From Alloprevotella sp. (GTDB lineage: Bacteria; Bacteroidota; Bacteroidia; Bacteroidales; Bacteroidaceae), in contig DAIRWG010000002.1 of NCBI GenBank assembly GCA_036802405.1, positions 2,013 to 66,012 of the forward strand: a stretch of DNA of 64,000 bases. The letters run 5' to 3'. Below the pieces are notes generated by a model, which saw only the letters and a list, made by a program, of their open reading frames with translations, had not been told where the DNA came from and searched no databases. The position numbers and the translations under genes are program-made. The first letter of the stretch is position 1. Each line of letters starts with the position of its first letter. Positions 19,691 through 30,380 of this stretch are shown here, piece after piece.

Positions 19691-19888
19691 CCATATTTCA
19701 TGTTTCCTTCATTTCAGTACAGTTGTTTGTGAGATAGCTCACCTGTCTATATTTCCCACCGGCAATCAGGCCTCAAGTCACATTGGTCTCGTGTACATTC
19801 AGGGCATATTGCACGAAGTTGTGCCCCCATCGCATGCGCATCCCAAAAACATTTCGTAATTTCGCAGTCAAAATCAATCGACGCACAG

Positions 19889-21478
19889 ATGATACGCAAA
19901 TTCGATTTTCTGGTAATTGGTTCCGGTGTGGCCGGAATGAGTTACGCCCTCCAGGTGGCCGCCTCGGGCAAAGGCAAGGTGGCCCTCGTGTGCAAAACCA
20001 CCATAGAAGAGGCCAACACGGCCAAGGCTCAGGGCGGTATTGCCTCTGTCACCAATCTTGAGGTGGACAACTTCGACAAGCACATCAAGGACACCATGAT
20101 CGCCGGCGACTACATATCCGACCGCCGTGCCGTGGAGCAGGTGGTGAAGGGAGCCCCCGAAGGCATCAAGCGCCTGGTGAAGTGGGGCGTGAACTTCGAC
20201 AAGAAGGACAACGGCGACTTCGACCTTCACCGCGAGGGCGGCCACTCCGAATTCCGCATTCTGCACCATGCCGACGACACGGGATTTGAAATCCAGCGCG
20301 GACTCATCGAAGCCGTGCGCAACCATCCCAACATCACCGTGCTGGAGAACCACTTCGCAGTGGAAATCATCACGCAGCACCATCTGGGCATCGAGGTGAC
20401 CCGCCGCACGCCCGACATCGAATGCTACGGTGCCTACGTGCTCGACCCCGACACGCAGAAGATCGACACCTTCCTTTCGCGCGTGACAGTGCTCTGCACC
20501 GGCGGCTGCGGTGCCGTGTATGCCACCACCACCAACCCCAACATTGCCACCGGCGACGGCATTGCCATGGCCTACCGCGCCAAGGCCACGGTGCGCGACA
20601 TGGAGTTCATCCAGTTCCACCCCACAGCCCTCTACCATCCGGGCGAAACGCATCCGGCCTACCTCATCACCGAGGCCATGCGCGGCTACGGCGGCATCCT
20701 GCGCCTGCCCAACGGCGAGGAGTTCATGCAGAAGTACGACAAACGCCTCTCGCTCGCCCCGCGCGACATCGTGGCCCGTGCCATCGACAAGGAGATGAAG
20801 ATCCACGGCATCGACCACGTTTGCCTCGATGTGACCCACAAGGATCCCGAGCAGACGAAGCACCACTTCCCCAACATCTACCAGAAGTGCCTCTCCATAG
20901 GCATCGACATCACGAAGGAGTACATCCCCGTGGCCCCCTGTGCCCACTATCTGTGCGGCGGCATCAAGGTCGACCTCAATGCCTGCTCCTCCATCCATCG
21001 CCTCTACGCCGTGGGCGAGTGCTCCTGCACGGGGCTGCACGGCGGCAACCGTCTGGCTTCCAACTCGCTCATTGAAGCCGTGGTCTATGCCGAAGCTGCG
21101 GCCAAGCACTCCTTGGAGCATATCGGTGAATATGCGTTCAACACGCAGGTGCCCGAATGGAACGACGAGGGCACGATGACCAACGAAGAGAAGGTGCTCA
21201 TCCGCCAGGACGAGAAGGAAGTGGAGCAGATCATGTCGTCCTACGTGGGCATCGTGCGTTCCGACCTCCGTTTGAAGCGTGCCTGGACGCGCCTCGACCT
21301 GCTCTACGAAGAGACCGAGGAACTCTTCAAGCGCGTGAAGGCCACCCGCGACATCTGCGAGCTGCGCAACATGATCAACGTGGGCTACCTCATCACCCGT
21401 CAGGCCATGGAGCGCAAGGAAAGCCGTGGACTGCACTACACGATCGACTATCCACGCCACGCTTACGACCAGAACTGA
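19889..21478 (+). CDS. nadB: L-aspartate oxidase
   Basis: IGSGVAG, AQGGIA, REGGHS..RILH, QFHPT, LITEAMRG, LAPRDIVARAI and GLHGGNRLASNSL. Confidence 0.96.
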   Translation: MIRKFDFLVIGSGVAGMSYALQVAASGKGKVALVCKTTIEEANTAKAQGGIASVTNLEVDNFDKHIKDTMIAGDYISDRRAVEQVVKGAPEGIKRLVKWGVNFDKKDNGDFDLHREGGHSEFRILHHADDTGFEIQRGLIEAVRNHPNITVLENHFAVEIITQHHLGIEVTRRTPDIECYGAYVLDPDTQKIDTFLSRVTVLCTGGCGAVYATTTNPNIATGDGIAMAYRAKATVRDMEFIQFHPTALYHPGETHPAYLITEAMRGYGGILRLPNGEEFMQKYDKRLSLAPRDIVARAIDKEMKIHGIDHVCLDVTHKDPEQTKHHFPNIYQKCLSIGIDITKEYIPVAPCAHYLCGGIKVDLNACSSIHRLYAVGECSCTGLHGGNRLASNSLIEAVVYAEAAAKHSLEHIGEYAFNTQVPEWNDEGTMTNEEKVLIRQDEKEVEQIMSSYVGIVRSDLRLKRAWTRLDLLYEETEELFKRVKATRDICELRNMINVGYLITRQAMERKESRGLHYTIDYPRHAYDQN

Positions 21479-21693
21479 CCGTAAAGCGAGTTGACAAGCA
21501 CGTTTCGGAAGCAGCCTGCCCCCCTCTTTTTTTGTGGGGGGGAATGCCTCTCTTCCTCTCATCCATCCGGCCAGCAAGCCTTCACTGATGCCATGCAATG
21601 CGTGTTTCGGCACTGCATGGCTGTCAGCCGGGACTTGCTGGCTGGTGCGTTGTTACCCTTCCTATCCATTGATCCAAACAACATCCGCACATC

Positions 21694-22143
21694 ATGGCAC
21701 AGACAGACACTTACAATCTCCAACGCTTCATTCAGGCACAGAACAACCAGTACACTTACGAAATGGCACTCAGCGAAATCCGGAACGGCAAGAAACGCTC
21801 GCACTGGATCTGGTATGTGCTCCCTCAGCTGCGTGGCCTCGGCCATAGCTACAACTCGCGCTACTACGGCATCTCCGGGGCCGATGAGGCCCGGGCCTAT
21901 CTGGCCGACGAAGTGCTTTCCGCCCGCCTGCGCGAGGTGTGCGAAGCACTGCTGCAGGTGGTTGATGCCGACTGCAGCGTGAGCAGCGTGATGGGCCCGA
22001 TCGACACGGCCAAAACGCGCTCCTGCCTCACGTTGTTCGATGCCGTATGTCCCGGCGACGTGTTCGGCCACTGCCTCGAACACTGCTTTTCAGGCAATCC
22101 CGACCGCGAAACACTCCGCCGCCTCAATCTGGCAGGCGAGTGA
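21694..22143 (+). CDS. DUF1810 family protein
   Basis: LQRFIQAQ, AL.EI.NGKK.SHWIWY..PQL.GLG.S and TLF pattern. Confidence 0.85.
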   Translation: MAQTDTYNLQRFIQAQNNQYTYEMALSEIRNGKKRSHWIWYVLPQLRGLGHSYNSRYYGISGADEARAYLADEVLSARLREVCEALLQVVDADCSVSSVMGPIDTAKTRSCLTLFDAVCPGDVFGHCLEHCFSGNPDRETLRRLNLAGE

Positions 22144-22206
22144 CGTAAAGCCCCTGCATATCCCCCTCAATAACCACAGCCCCACATTTCATCCCCTCAC
22201 AGTTTC

Positions 22207-23400
22207 ATGACCGATCTCGATTCATTCATACTCCAGCACCGCACCGATGCCATCGACCGCCTGGCACTGCAGCTGTCGGCGCGTCGCGACATTGATGCTG
22301 CCTACGTGCTGAAGCAGGTGGAAGGCTGGCAACGCCTGCGCGTGAAAGTGCCCACCTGGGCGGCCGTCGACGGACTGCACTATCCGCCGCGCCTGGCCCT
22401 TGAGCAGTGTTCGGGCGAACCCGCCGCACGCCACAAGGCCGCACTGGTGGCGCGCCTCATGGCCGGCAGTCCCCGTCCGTGGAGCATGGCCGACCTTACG
22501 GGCGGGCTGGGTGTGGACTTCTCGTTTGTGGCCCCGATCTTCGACCGTGCCACCTATGTGGAGCGGCAGGAAGTGCTGGCCACTCTGGCCCGCCACAACT
22601 TTCCCCTGCTCGGGTTGCCCGAAGCCCAGGTGGTGCATGCCGACGGCGTGGAGCACCTGCGGCAGATGGAGCCCGTCAGCCTGCTCTTTCTCGATCCCGC
22701 CCGGCGCGACGGCGCTGGGCGCAAGACGGTGCTCATCGAGGACTGCCAACCCGACGTGTGCGCCCTGCAGCAGCTGCTGCTCGCCAAGGCCGAGTGGGTG
22801 GTGCTCAAGCTCTCCACCATGCTCGACATCGTGCAGGCGCTGCGCTCGATGCGCCACGTGAAGGAAGTGCACGTGGTGGCCGCAGGCGGCGAATGCAAGG
22901 ATCTGCTCATGGTGCTGCAGCGCGGCTGGGAAGGCGAGCCGCTGCTGCATGCCGTGGAGGGCGAAGCCGACCTGGCCTTCACCCTGACGGAAGAGTCGGC
23001 AGCTCCCTGTCCGATGGCCCAAGGGGTGGGGCGCTATCTCTACGAACCGGGCCCCGCGCTGCTCAAGGCCGGTGCCTTCCGCCTGACGGCCGCGCGCTTC
23101 GGGCTGCAGAAGCTGCATCCCAACTCCCATCTCTACACGGGCGATGCCCTTGTGCCCGCATTTCCCGGCCGCTGCTTCGAGGTGCGGTCGGTGTGCGGAT
23201 TCGGCAAGCGCGACCTCAAGCAGCTCAAGGCACGGCTCGAGCAGGCCAACCTCACGGTGCGCAACTTTCCGGCCTCGGTCGATGCCCTGCGCAAGAAGCT
23301 CAAGCTGCGCGAGGGCGGAAACGCTTATCTCTTCGCCACCACAATGGGCGAAAACGAGCATCTGCTCGTGGAATGCGTGAAGGCGCAGCGGGTGCGGTGA
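22207..23400 (+). CDS. Class I SAM-dependent methyltransferase with a C-terminal THUMP-like domain
   Basis: LEQCS, DLTGGLGVD, FLDPARR, LKLS.MLD and YLYEP..A.LKAG. Confidence 0.82.
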   Translation: MTDLDSFILQHRTDAIDRLALQLSARRDIDAAYVLKQVEGWQRLRVKVPTWAAVDGLHYPPRLALEQCSGEPAARHKAALVARLMAGSPRPWSMADLTGGLGVDFSFVAPIFDRATYVERQEVLATLARHNFPLLGLPEAQVVHADGVEHLRQMEPVSLLFLDPARRDGAGRKTVLIEDCQPDVCALQQLLLAKAEWVVLKLSTMLDIVQALRSMRHVKEVHVVAAGGECKDLLMVLQRGWEGEPLLHAVEGEADLAFTLTEESAAPCPMAQGVGRYLYEPGPALLKAGAFRLTAARFGLQKLHPNSHLYTGDALVPAFPGRCFEVRSVCGFGKRDLKQLKARLEQANLTVRNFPASVDALRKKLKLREGGNAYLFATTMGENEHLLVECVKAQRVR

Positions 23401-23418
23401 AAAGTTTCCCCCGACTTG

Positions 23419-23450
23419 TTTGCCACTTCAAACGGCAAGTCGTAACTTTG
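23419..23450 (+). promoter_or_regulatory. Bacteroidetes promoter for tyrS
   Basis: TTTG at 23419-23422 and TAACTTTG at 23443-23450. Confidence 0.72.
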
Positions 23451-23545
23451 CACAACCATTGTGACAGAACCTTCATGGCCACTCCCCGTTGCGCCACGAG
23501 CGTTCGGACAGAAGAAAAGAACAAAAACGACATAAAACGCAAACT

Positions 23546-24841
23546 ATGAATTTCGTAGAAGAACTCAAATGGCGCGGCATGCTCCACCAGATGATGCCGG
23601 GCACTGAGGAACTCCTCTCCAAGGAGATGGTGACGGCCTATGTGGGCATCGACCCCACGGCCGACTCGCTCCACATCGGTCACCTCTGTTCGGTGATGAT
23701 GCTCCGCCATTTCCAGCGTGCCGGCCACAAGCCGCTGGCACTCGTGGGCGGCGCCACCGGCATGATCGGCGACCCCTCCGGCAAGAGTGCCGAACGCAAC
23801 CTGCTCACCGAGGACGTGCTTCGCCACAACGTGGCCTGCATCAAGAAGCAGCTCTCGCACTTCCTCGACTTCGATTCCGACGCGCCCAATGCCGCCGAAC
23901 TCGTCAACAACTACGACTGGATGAAGGACTACACCTTCCTCGACTTTGCACGCGAGGTGGGCAAGCACATCACCGTCAACTACATGATGGCCAAGGACAG
24001 CGTGAAGCGCCGCCTCAACGGTGAGGCACGCGACGGCCTCTCCTTCACCGAGTTCACCTATCAGCTGCTGCAGGGCTACGACTTCCTCCACCTCTACGAA
24101 ACGAAGCATTGCAAGCTGCAGATGGGCGGTTCCGACCAGTGGGGCAACATCACCACCGGCACCGAGCTGATCCGCCGCACACTGGGCGCCGAGGCCGATG
24201 CTTACGCCCTGACTTGCCCGCTCATCACCAAGGCTGATGGCAAGAAGTTCGGCAAGACGGAGCAGGGCAACGTGTGGCTCGACCGCCGCTACACCACCCC
24301 CTACAAGTTCTACCAGTTCTGGCTCAATGTGGGCGATGAAGAGGCTGAACGCTACATCAAGATCTTCACCTCGCTCTCGCACGAGGAAATCGACAACCTC
24401 ATTGCCGAGCACCGCGCCGATCCGGGTCGACGCACGCTGCAGAAGAAACTGGGCGAAGAGGTGACGTGCATGGTGCACAGTCGCGAGGACTACGAGATGG
24501 CGCTTGAAGCTTCCAACATCCTCTTCGGCAAGGCCACCAAGGAAAGCCTGCTCAAACTCGATGAAGACACGTTCCTCAGCGTGTTCGACGGTGTGCCTCA
24601 CTTCGAGGTGGGCCGCGACCAGGCCATCGGAGCCAAGGCCGTCGACCTCTTTGCCGAAGCCACCCAGTGCTTTGCCTCGAAGGGCGAGATGCGCAAGCTC
24701 ACCCAGGGCGGCGGCGTCAGCCTCAACAAGGAGAAGCTGGCAGCCTTCGACCAGGTGATCACTTCCGACGACCTCATCGACGGCAAGTACCTGCTCGTGC
24801 AGCGCGGCAAGAAGAACTACTTCCTCATCACCGTGAAGTAA
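23546..24841 (+). CDS. tyrS: Tyrosine--tRNA ligase
   Basis: [29 protein letters not shown] and a C-terminal S4-like domain. Confidence 0.97.
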   Translation: MNFVEELKWRGMLHQMMPGTEELLSKEMVTAYVGIDPTADSLHIGHLCSVMMLRHFQRAGHKPLALVGGATGMIGDPSGKSAERNLLTEDVLRHNVACIKKQLSHFLDFDSDAPNAAELVNNYDWMKDYTFLDFAREVGKHITVNYMMAKDSVKRRLNGEARDGLSFTEFTYQLLQGYDFLHLYETKHCKLQMGGSDQWGNITTGTELIRRTLGAEADAYALTCPLITKADGKKFGKTEQGNVWLDRRYTTPYKFYQFWLNVGDEEAERYIKIFTSLSHEEIDNLIAEHRADPGRRTLQKKLGEEVTCMVHSREDYEMALEASNILFGKATKESLLKLDEDTFLSVFDGVPHFEVGRDQAIGAKAVDLFAEATQCFASKGEMRKLTQGGGVSLNKEKLAAFDQVITSDDLIDGKYLLVQRGKKNYFLITVK

Positions 24842-24867
24842 GCACAGTTTCCTTTACGCTACAAACA

Positions 24868-24911
24868 CAAGGCCCTGCGGACGCTTCCTGCGTCCGCAGG
24901 GCCTTGCTTTT
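24868..24911 (+). terminator. Intrinsic terminator of tyrS
   Basis: Perfect 17-bp stem caaggccctgcggacgc / gcgtccgcagggccttg followed by ctttt. Confidence 0.8.
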
Positions 24912-24924
24912 CCAAAAGGACTTC

Positions 24925-25290
24925 CCAATGATCACCCAAGGTATTGCACGATAGTCATTGCAGTCATATTCATCCGCAAGGCTTCGTGTCCATTAGTGTT
25001 CTTCGTGGTAAAACTTCCGCCGCAGGGCTTCGCGGCCCTTAGCGGCCCTTAGCGGCTCTTCGCGGATAAAACCGTATAGCATCCACGAGCCCGCGGCTGG
25101 GAAGCCGCGGCTCCCCAATCCCTCATCGCGGAACAGTCCGCCGCAAGGCTTCGTGCTTCTTCGTGGCCCTTGGGCCCTTCGTGGTAAATCTTCATCCGCA
25201 AGGCTTCGTGTCCATTAGTGTTCTTCGTGGTAAAAACTCCGCTGCAAGAAGTGAATCCGACTGCCCACATGATTCGTTATAGCGCCTGGT
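24925..25290. repeat. Modular intergenic repeat element, copy B, module 1
   Basis: Leader shared with copy A; units at 24974, 25020, 25141 and 25196. Bases 24969-25013 are identical to 25191-25235; hairpin at 25091-25110. Confidence 0.85.
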
Positions 25291-25303
25291 TATTCTATAC
25301 ATA

Positions 25304-25692
25304 GCAATCACGTTTTTTGCTGTCATCTGTCATTTCCTGGCTGGAAAAGATACTGTGAATTCGTGGTAACGCGCACAGGCTCAGCTTGTTGCACAGTTGC
25401 TGTCACACTGTCATTTTCGGCAGAGGCTCCTACCGAAGCAATCCCACGCGTCATTTACTGTCAGCTTTCACGCGCGCACCCTTCAGCTAGTGTTTTGGCT
25501 GCCTCCAAAGGCCATTTCGGGTGTGCGTCGCACATTGAAACACAAGCCCCAGACTTTTTCAAACTCTTAGGGGACTTGTAAAAATTCTACCGCGGTACTG
25601 TAAATCCTCCACCGGCATGCCCTAACTGCTCCGTGGGCCCAAAGTGACGGATGAAAGCAGAATGTGCAATTCCCTTGTAACGCGCGCGCGTA
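25304..25692. mobile_element. Degenerate MITE-like non-coding element (module 2 of copy B)
   Basis: Colinear similarity to 56795-57249, repeated ctgtca motifs and imperfect subterminal inverted repeats. Mobility is inferred only. Confidence 0.5.
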
Positions 25693-25993
25693 GGCACCAT
25701 CCGGGACTCCAAAGGCCGGCTTGCGTGCCGTGTTCGAGTTTGCTGTCAACCCCGCTGCACCGCCTGCAGATGGCCCCGCGGATGAGCGTCACGACAAGTG
25801 TCATGCCAAGCCAAGGGGAGTGGCGCGATTCGGGCCAAACGCGGCGACAATCGCTCCTCCTTCAGCACAAAATGGCGAAAAATGCCGATGCTAAGGGAAA
25901 AAGAGCCAAGGAAATACCCTTCAGTCGGAAATAAATAGCTATTTTTGCGCGATTTACAGAAGGTAAAACAAAAAATCAACAAAAAATAATTCG

Positions 25994-28216
25994 ATGAACG
26001 TGATAACCAAGACCGTCGAGTTGCCTGATGGACGCACCATCAGCATCGAGACTGGCAAGTTGGCCAAGCAGGCCGACGGTGCTGTGATGCTCCGCATGAA
26101 CAACACCATGCTCCTGGCTACCGTCTGCGCCGCTAAAACCGCTCAGCCCGGCACAGACTTCATGCCCCTCCAGTGTGACTACAAAGAAAAGTACAGCGCA
26201 GCAGGCCGCTTCCCCGGTGGCTTCACCAAGCGTGAAGGCCGCGCCGGCGACTACGAGATTCTCACTTCCCGCTTGGTCGACCGTGCACTCCGCCCCCTTT
26301 TCCCCGCTGACTACCACTGCGAGGTGTATGTAAACATCACGCTCTTCTCCGCCGACGGCGTGGACATGCCCGATGCCTTGGCCGGATTTGCTGCCTCCGC
26401 AGCACTTGCTGCCAGCGACATCCCCTTCGAAGGCCCCATCTCCGAAGTGCGCGTGGCCCGCATCAACGGCGAATATGTGATCAACCCCACCTTCGAACAG
26501 CTCAAGAGCGCCGACATGGACATCATGGTGGGTGCCACTGAGGAAAACATCATGATGGTGGAAGGCGAAATGGACGAGGTGCCCGAAAGCGCCCTGCTCG
26601 AAGCCCTCAAGGCTGCCCACGAGGCCATCAAGCCCATGTGCCGCCTGCAGAAGGAACTCTCCAAGGAACTCGGCACCGACGTGAAGCGCGAATACGACGA
26701 CGAGGTGAACGACGAGGAGCTCCGCCAGCAGGTGAAGGACGAGTGCTACCAGCCCGCCTACGCCATTGCCGAAGCCGGTGACCACGACAAGCACCAGCGC
26801 GAGGATGCCTTCACGCAGATCCGTGAGGACTTCAAGGAGCGCTATGCCGCCGCCCATGCCGAACTCACTCCCGACGAGATCGAGGAGAAAAACGCGCTCA
26901 TCGACCGCTACTACCACGATGTGGAGCGCGACGCCATGCGCCGTTGCATCCTCGATGAGGGCAAGCGCCTCGACGGCCGCGGCACCACCGACATCCGCCC
27001 CATCTGGTGCGAAGTGTCGCCCCTGCCCATGCCTCACGGCTCGGCCATCTTCACCCGTGGCGAAACACAGGCACTGGCCACTGCCACTCTCGGCACCAAG
27101 CTCGACGAAAAAATGGTGGACGATGTGCTCGACAAGAGCTACATGCGTTTCCTCCTTCACTATAACTTCCCCCCCTTCTCCACCGGCGAAGCCAAGGCAC
27201 AGCGCGGCGTGGGCCGTCGCGAAATCGGCCACGGCCACTTGGCATGGCGCGCCCTGAAGGGACAGATTCCTGCCGACTATCCCTACACCATCCGTGTGGT
27301 GAGCGACATCCTCGAGAGCAACGGCTCTTCGTCCATGGCCACCGTGTGTGCCGGTACGCTTGCCCTGATGGACGCTGGTGTGCCCATCAAGGCTCCCGTG
27401 AGCGGCATTGCCATGGGTTTGATCAAAAACCCCGGCGAAGAGAAGTATGCCGTGCTCTCCGATATCCTCGGCGATGAGGACCACCTCGGCGACATGGACT
27501 TCAAGACCACCGGTACGGCCAAGGGTTTGACCGCCACCCAGATGGACATCAAGTGCGACGGCCTTTCCTACGAAATCCTCGAGAAGGCACTCGCACAGGC
27601 CAAGCAGGCCCGTGAGCACATCCTCGGCAAGATTCTCGAAACGATGCCCGCTCCCCGTCCCGAACTCAAGCCCCACGTTCCCCGCATCGAAGCCTTCGAA
27701 ATTCCCAAGGAATTCATCGGTGCTGTTATCGGCCCGGGCGGAAAGATCATCCAGGGCATGCAGGAAGACACCGGTGCCACCATCACCATCGACGAGGAAG
27801 ACGGTGTGGGCAAGATCCAGGTGTCGGGTCCCAACAAGGAGAGCATCGATGCTGCCGTGGCCAAGATTCGTGCCATCGTGGCCATTCCCGAAGTGGGCGA
27901 GGTGTACGATGCCAAGGTCATCAGCATCATGCCTTACGGCTGCTTCGTGGAGTTCATGCCGGGCAAGGAAGGCTTGCTCCACATCTCCGAAATCGCTTGG
28001 AAGCGCCTTGAAACGGTGGAAGAAGCCGGCATTAAGGAGGGCGACACCATCCAGGTGAAGCTCCTCGAGATCGACGAGAAGACGGGCAAGTTCCGCCTCT
28101 CGCACCGTGTGCTCGAAGAGAAGCCCGAAGGCTGGGAGGAGCGTCCCGCACGCCGTCCCCGTCGTGAAGGCCGCGAAGGTGGCGAGGGCCGTCCCCGTCG
28201 CCAGCACCGCGACTAA
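25994..28216 (+). CDS. pnp: Polyribonucleotide nucleotidyltransferase (PNPase)
   Basis: [39 protein letters not shown], and KH and S1 domains. Confidence 0.98.
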   Translation: MNVITKTVELPDGRTISIETGKLAKQADGAVMLRMNNTMLLATVCAAKTAQPGTDFMPLQCDYKEKYSAAGRFPGGFTKREGRAGDYEILTSRLVDRALRPLFPADYHCEVYVNITLFSADGVDMPDALAGFAASAALAASDIPFEGPISEVRVARINGEYVINPTFEQLKSADMDIMVGATEENIMMVEGEMDEVPESALLEALKAAHEAIKPMCRLQKELSKELGTDVKREYDDEVNDEELRQQVKDECYQPAYAIAEAGDHDKHQREDAFTQIREDFKERYAAAHAELTPDEIEEKNALIDRYYHDVERDAMRRCILDEGKRLDGRGTTDIRPIWCEVSPLPMPHGSAIFTRGETQALATATLGTKLDEKMVDDVLDKSYMRFLLHYNFPPFSTGEAKAQRGVGRREIGHGHLAWRALKGQIPADYPYTIRVVSDILESNGSSSMATVCAGTLALMDAGVPIKAPVSGIAMGLIKNPGEEKYAVLSDILGDEDHLGDMDFKTTGTAKGLTATQMDIKCDGLSYEILEKALAQAKQAREHILGKILETMPAPRPELKPHVPRIEAFEIPKEFIGAVIGPGGKIIQGMQEDTGATITIDEEDGVGKIQVSGPNKESIDAAVAKIRAIVAIPEVGEVYDAKVISIMPYGCFVEFMPGKEGLLHISEIAWKRLETVEEAGIKEGDTIQVKLLEIDEKTGKFRLSHRVLEEKPEGWEERPARRPRREGREGGEGRPRRQHRD

Positions 28217-28293
28217 CCGACCGTCATCCGATTCCTCCGCAACAGCCGGAGCAACCGCGATGCATCCTGTCATCGATTTGAATGAAACAAAGC

Positions 28294-28370
28294 CATAGAT
28301 GAAGCGTCAGTCCCCTTGCTTGCACACCGCATCCGAGGGGGCTGATTTTTGTTGGTGCTGAATGGTGACT
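28294..28370 (+). repeat. 77-bp direct repeat, left copy (contains the pnp terminator)
   Basis: Identical to 30662-30738. Confidence 0.97.
28306..28350 (+). terminator. Intrinsic terminator of pnp
   Basis: tcagtccccttg / cgagggggctga stem followed by ttttt. Confidence 0.78.
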
Positions 28371-28422
28371 TTGTGAAGGTGCGATTCGTTTTTACTAGAT
28401 GTTCTGTTCTATGCCGAAAATT

Positions 28423-29289
28423 ATGAAGCAATTTGCATTCATTGTATTGTTTTTCTTGTGTGTTTCTGTACAGTCTTCACCTTGTCAGGTGCAAGATAGT
28501 TTGCCTTATGTGGAGCAAATAACGCGTTTCCGCAAAAGCGGAAATAAGGATTCATTGGTTTACTATCAGAGTAGGCTCATTTCTTTCTATCAAGGTGAAA
28601 TCTCTTCCATACATGATGCTGAGCAACGAAAATTAGCCGGCAAAGAGCGGATGCGTGACATTCTGCTAATAGAGTGGGGGTGCTTAGGACTGCTTTTGGT
28701 GTCAGTTGTTGTGGCAGTTGTCCTTTATTCCTATCGTAAAAGAATGGAGGCGAAGGGCCGTTATGCATTGCTGCAAATGAAATTTTCCCTTTACATCAAA
28801 CGCTTGGTCTCGCAAAAGGACTTGCTTTCGTTGGATGAAGAAGTAAGTCCACTGTTGCAAAAGCATTTGCGGGCTGAAGTGGATGATACGAACAGGGCTA
28901 TCGAACAGATGAAATCGGGACTGTCCGAAGCCGAGTTGGAACAGATGCTGGTGGCGCAAGCACAGCAGTTGGAGGTGGTGAAGCACTTTTTGAATTTGGC
29001 GGCAAATGATTCGCGTCCTGTGCCCGATGATTGGACAATGCTGCATGATGGTTTGCATGTCATCTATGACCATGCGGTGACTTTCTTGGACGGGAAACGG
29101 AAAGACTTGTTGGAAGAGGATTATCGGATGTGTTTGCTTATCTTGGCGGGCTTTCTTCCCAAACAGATGGTTCGACTACTTTGTTGCACGCCTCAGAAAA
29201 TATCCATGCAGCGAAAGCGGCACCTGGCTTCTTTCTTCAACGAGCAAGGAAAACCTGCTGATTTCGACCGCAGGTTGCGGTGCTTGTAG
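28423..29289 (+). CDS. Putative membrane-anchored transcriptional regulator with a C-terminal LuxR-like HTH
   Basis: Signal-like N-terminus, short extracytoplasmic part, TM helix (CLGLLLVSVVVAVVLY) and coiled-coil. The C-terminal EDYRMCLLILAGF..KQM..LL.......S..RKR pattern resembles Bacteroidales TPR-TM-HTH regulators. Alternative start at 28399. Confidence 0.65.
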   Translation: MKQFAFIVLFFLCVSVQSSPCQVQDSLPYVEQITRFRKSGNKDSLVYYQSRLISFYQGEISSIHDAEQRKLAGKERMRDILLIEWGCLGLLLVSVVVAVVLYSYRKRMEAKGRYALLQMKFSLYIKRLVSQKDLLSLDEEVSPLLQKHLRAEVDDTNRAIEQMKSGLSEAELEQMLVAQAQQLEVVKHFLNLAANDSRPVPDDWTMLHDGLHVIYDHAVTFLDGKRKDLLEEDYRMCLLILAGFLPKQMVRLLCCTPQKISMQRKRHLASFFNEQGKPADFDRRLRCL

Positions 29290-29331
29290 CGCATATATGG
29301 TTATGCAAGTCTTGGTTTTATGCCCAATCAG

Positions 29332-29386
29332 TTTCACAATCCTTTCACAAACCCCATTTCAGCATCCTTGTGAAAGGATTGTGAAA
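29332..29386. promoter_or_regulatory. Perfect 19-bp inverted repeat built of tandem 11-mers, candidate operator
   Basis: tttcacaatcctttcacaa-N17-ttgtgaaaggattgtgaaa, just upstream of a TAATTTTG -7 box at 29419-29426. Confidence 0.6.
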
Positions 29387-29462
29387 GGATTTATGGGGAA
29401 TGACAGTCGTTTAACACCTAATTTTGCAGCGTGATTCAAACTTGTCTAACTTAATGATTTGC

Positions 29463-30380
29463 ATGATGAAGTACATGATTTCAATGTTGTGCGCAATGCT
29501 TCTCTTTGTATCTTGTAGGGAAAACGACTATTGCGCGCCAATTCGTGAAAGGCAGAATGCTTTAGCTTTTCGCCTTCAATCAATTAATGACAGCCTCATG
29601 AGAAGCCGAAGCGGTTCAGAAGCCAGAGGTGTTTCTTCGGTAGCCCGTTTCTTGGGGGTTGCAACAGCCGATATTTCGGGTGCTTTGAAGTTCGGAAAAT
29701 TGGGAGGGAGAATTGGTTCTATTTTCGGTCCAAAGGGAACGGTAGTTGGAGCAACGATAGGAGCAGTTGCCGGAGGAGCTGGCTACTCTTATGTAGCCTA
29801 TGAAAGTACTCGTCCCCGTAGAGCCTTAAATCCGGATTCAGTGAAGGTGGGGAATTGGACTTTGGTTTCTCCCATTGCGATAGATTTTTCTAAAGATCCA
29901 TTTGATGATGAAAACTCGTCACAATGGGGCATGACCAAGTCATTGCAATTTCCCGACAGGTTTAAGCATGTGCAAAGACGGGGCGCGGAACATAATGCGG
30001 TCTTAGATGTGATAAGGAATGGCAATAGCAAGTATTGGGAATGCGAAATGCCGGAGTTGACAGAGGAAGAGAAAAGCATTATAAATTCTCCAGAATTAGC
30101 ATCCGAGTATCAGAGAGACATTGAACTTATTGAATGTGGAAACATGAAATATGGTCAAACTGATGACCCAATGACAAATGTTGCGATAGGCCTGTTTCTT
30201 GAAGTGTATAACTCTTATCCGCAAAATGGTGATGACGTTGTAGAGCTTGTCAATATCTATGCAAAAGAAATTGCCGATAGTCCGGATTTTTCAGATGAAG
30301 AGAAGTCTTCGATTTTGAGTAGCCTATCTGTAGCAGCATATAGCTTTTTCTATTGGCAATCTGATAAAAGCGAAAATTGA
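29463..30380 (+). CDS. Hypothetical lipoprotein with a glycine-zipper segment
   Basis: Lipobox LFVSC, Gly/Ala-rich ADISGALKFGKLGGRIGSIFGPKGTVVGATIGAVAGGAG and an acidic helical C-terminal half. Start placed downstream of the -7 box. Confidence 0.75.
   Translation: MMKYMISMLCAMLLFVSCRENDYCAPIRERQNALAFRLQSINDSLMRSRSGSEARGVSSVARFLGVATADISGALKFGKLGGRIGSIFGPKGTVVGATIGAVAGGAGYSYVAYESTRPRRALNPDSVKVGNWTLVSPIAIDFSKDPFDDENSSQWGMTKSLQFPDRFKHVQRRGAEHNAVLDVIRNGNSKYWECEMPELTEEEKSIINSPELASEYQRDIELIECGNMKYGQTDDPMTNVAIGLFLEVYNSYPQNGDDVVELVNIYAKEIADSPDFSDEEKSSILSSLSVAAYSFFYWQSDKSEN

Noticed and set aside
19246..19859. Short ORFs across the repeat elements (also 25049-25982 and 56382-57531)
   Set aside because: They are translations of repeat DNA in several frames with no conserved frame between copies.
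23451..23545. T-box or other leader RNA before tyrS
   Set aside because: The leader is short and has no T-box motif or terminator.
29332..29386. Invertible promoter (Bacteroides-type inverton)
   Set aside because: The 17-nt spacer contains no promoter box (the -7 box lies outside the repeats) and there is no invertase nearby. An operator fits better.
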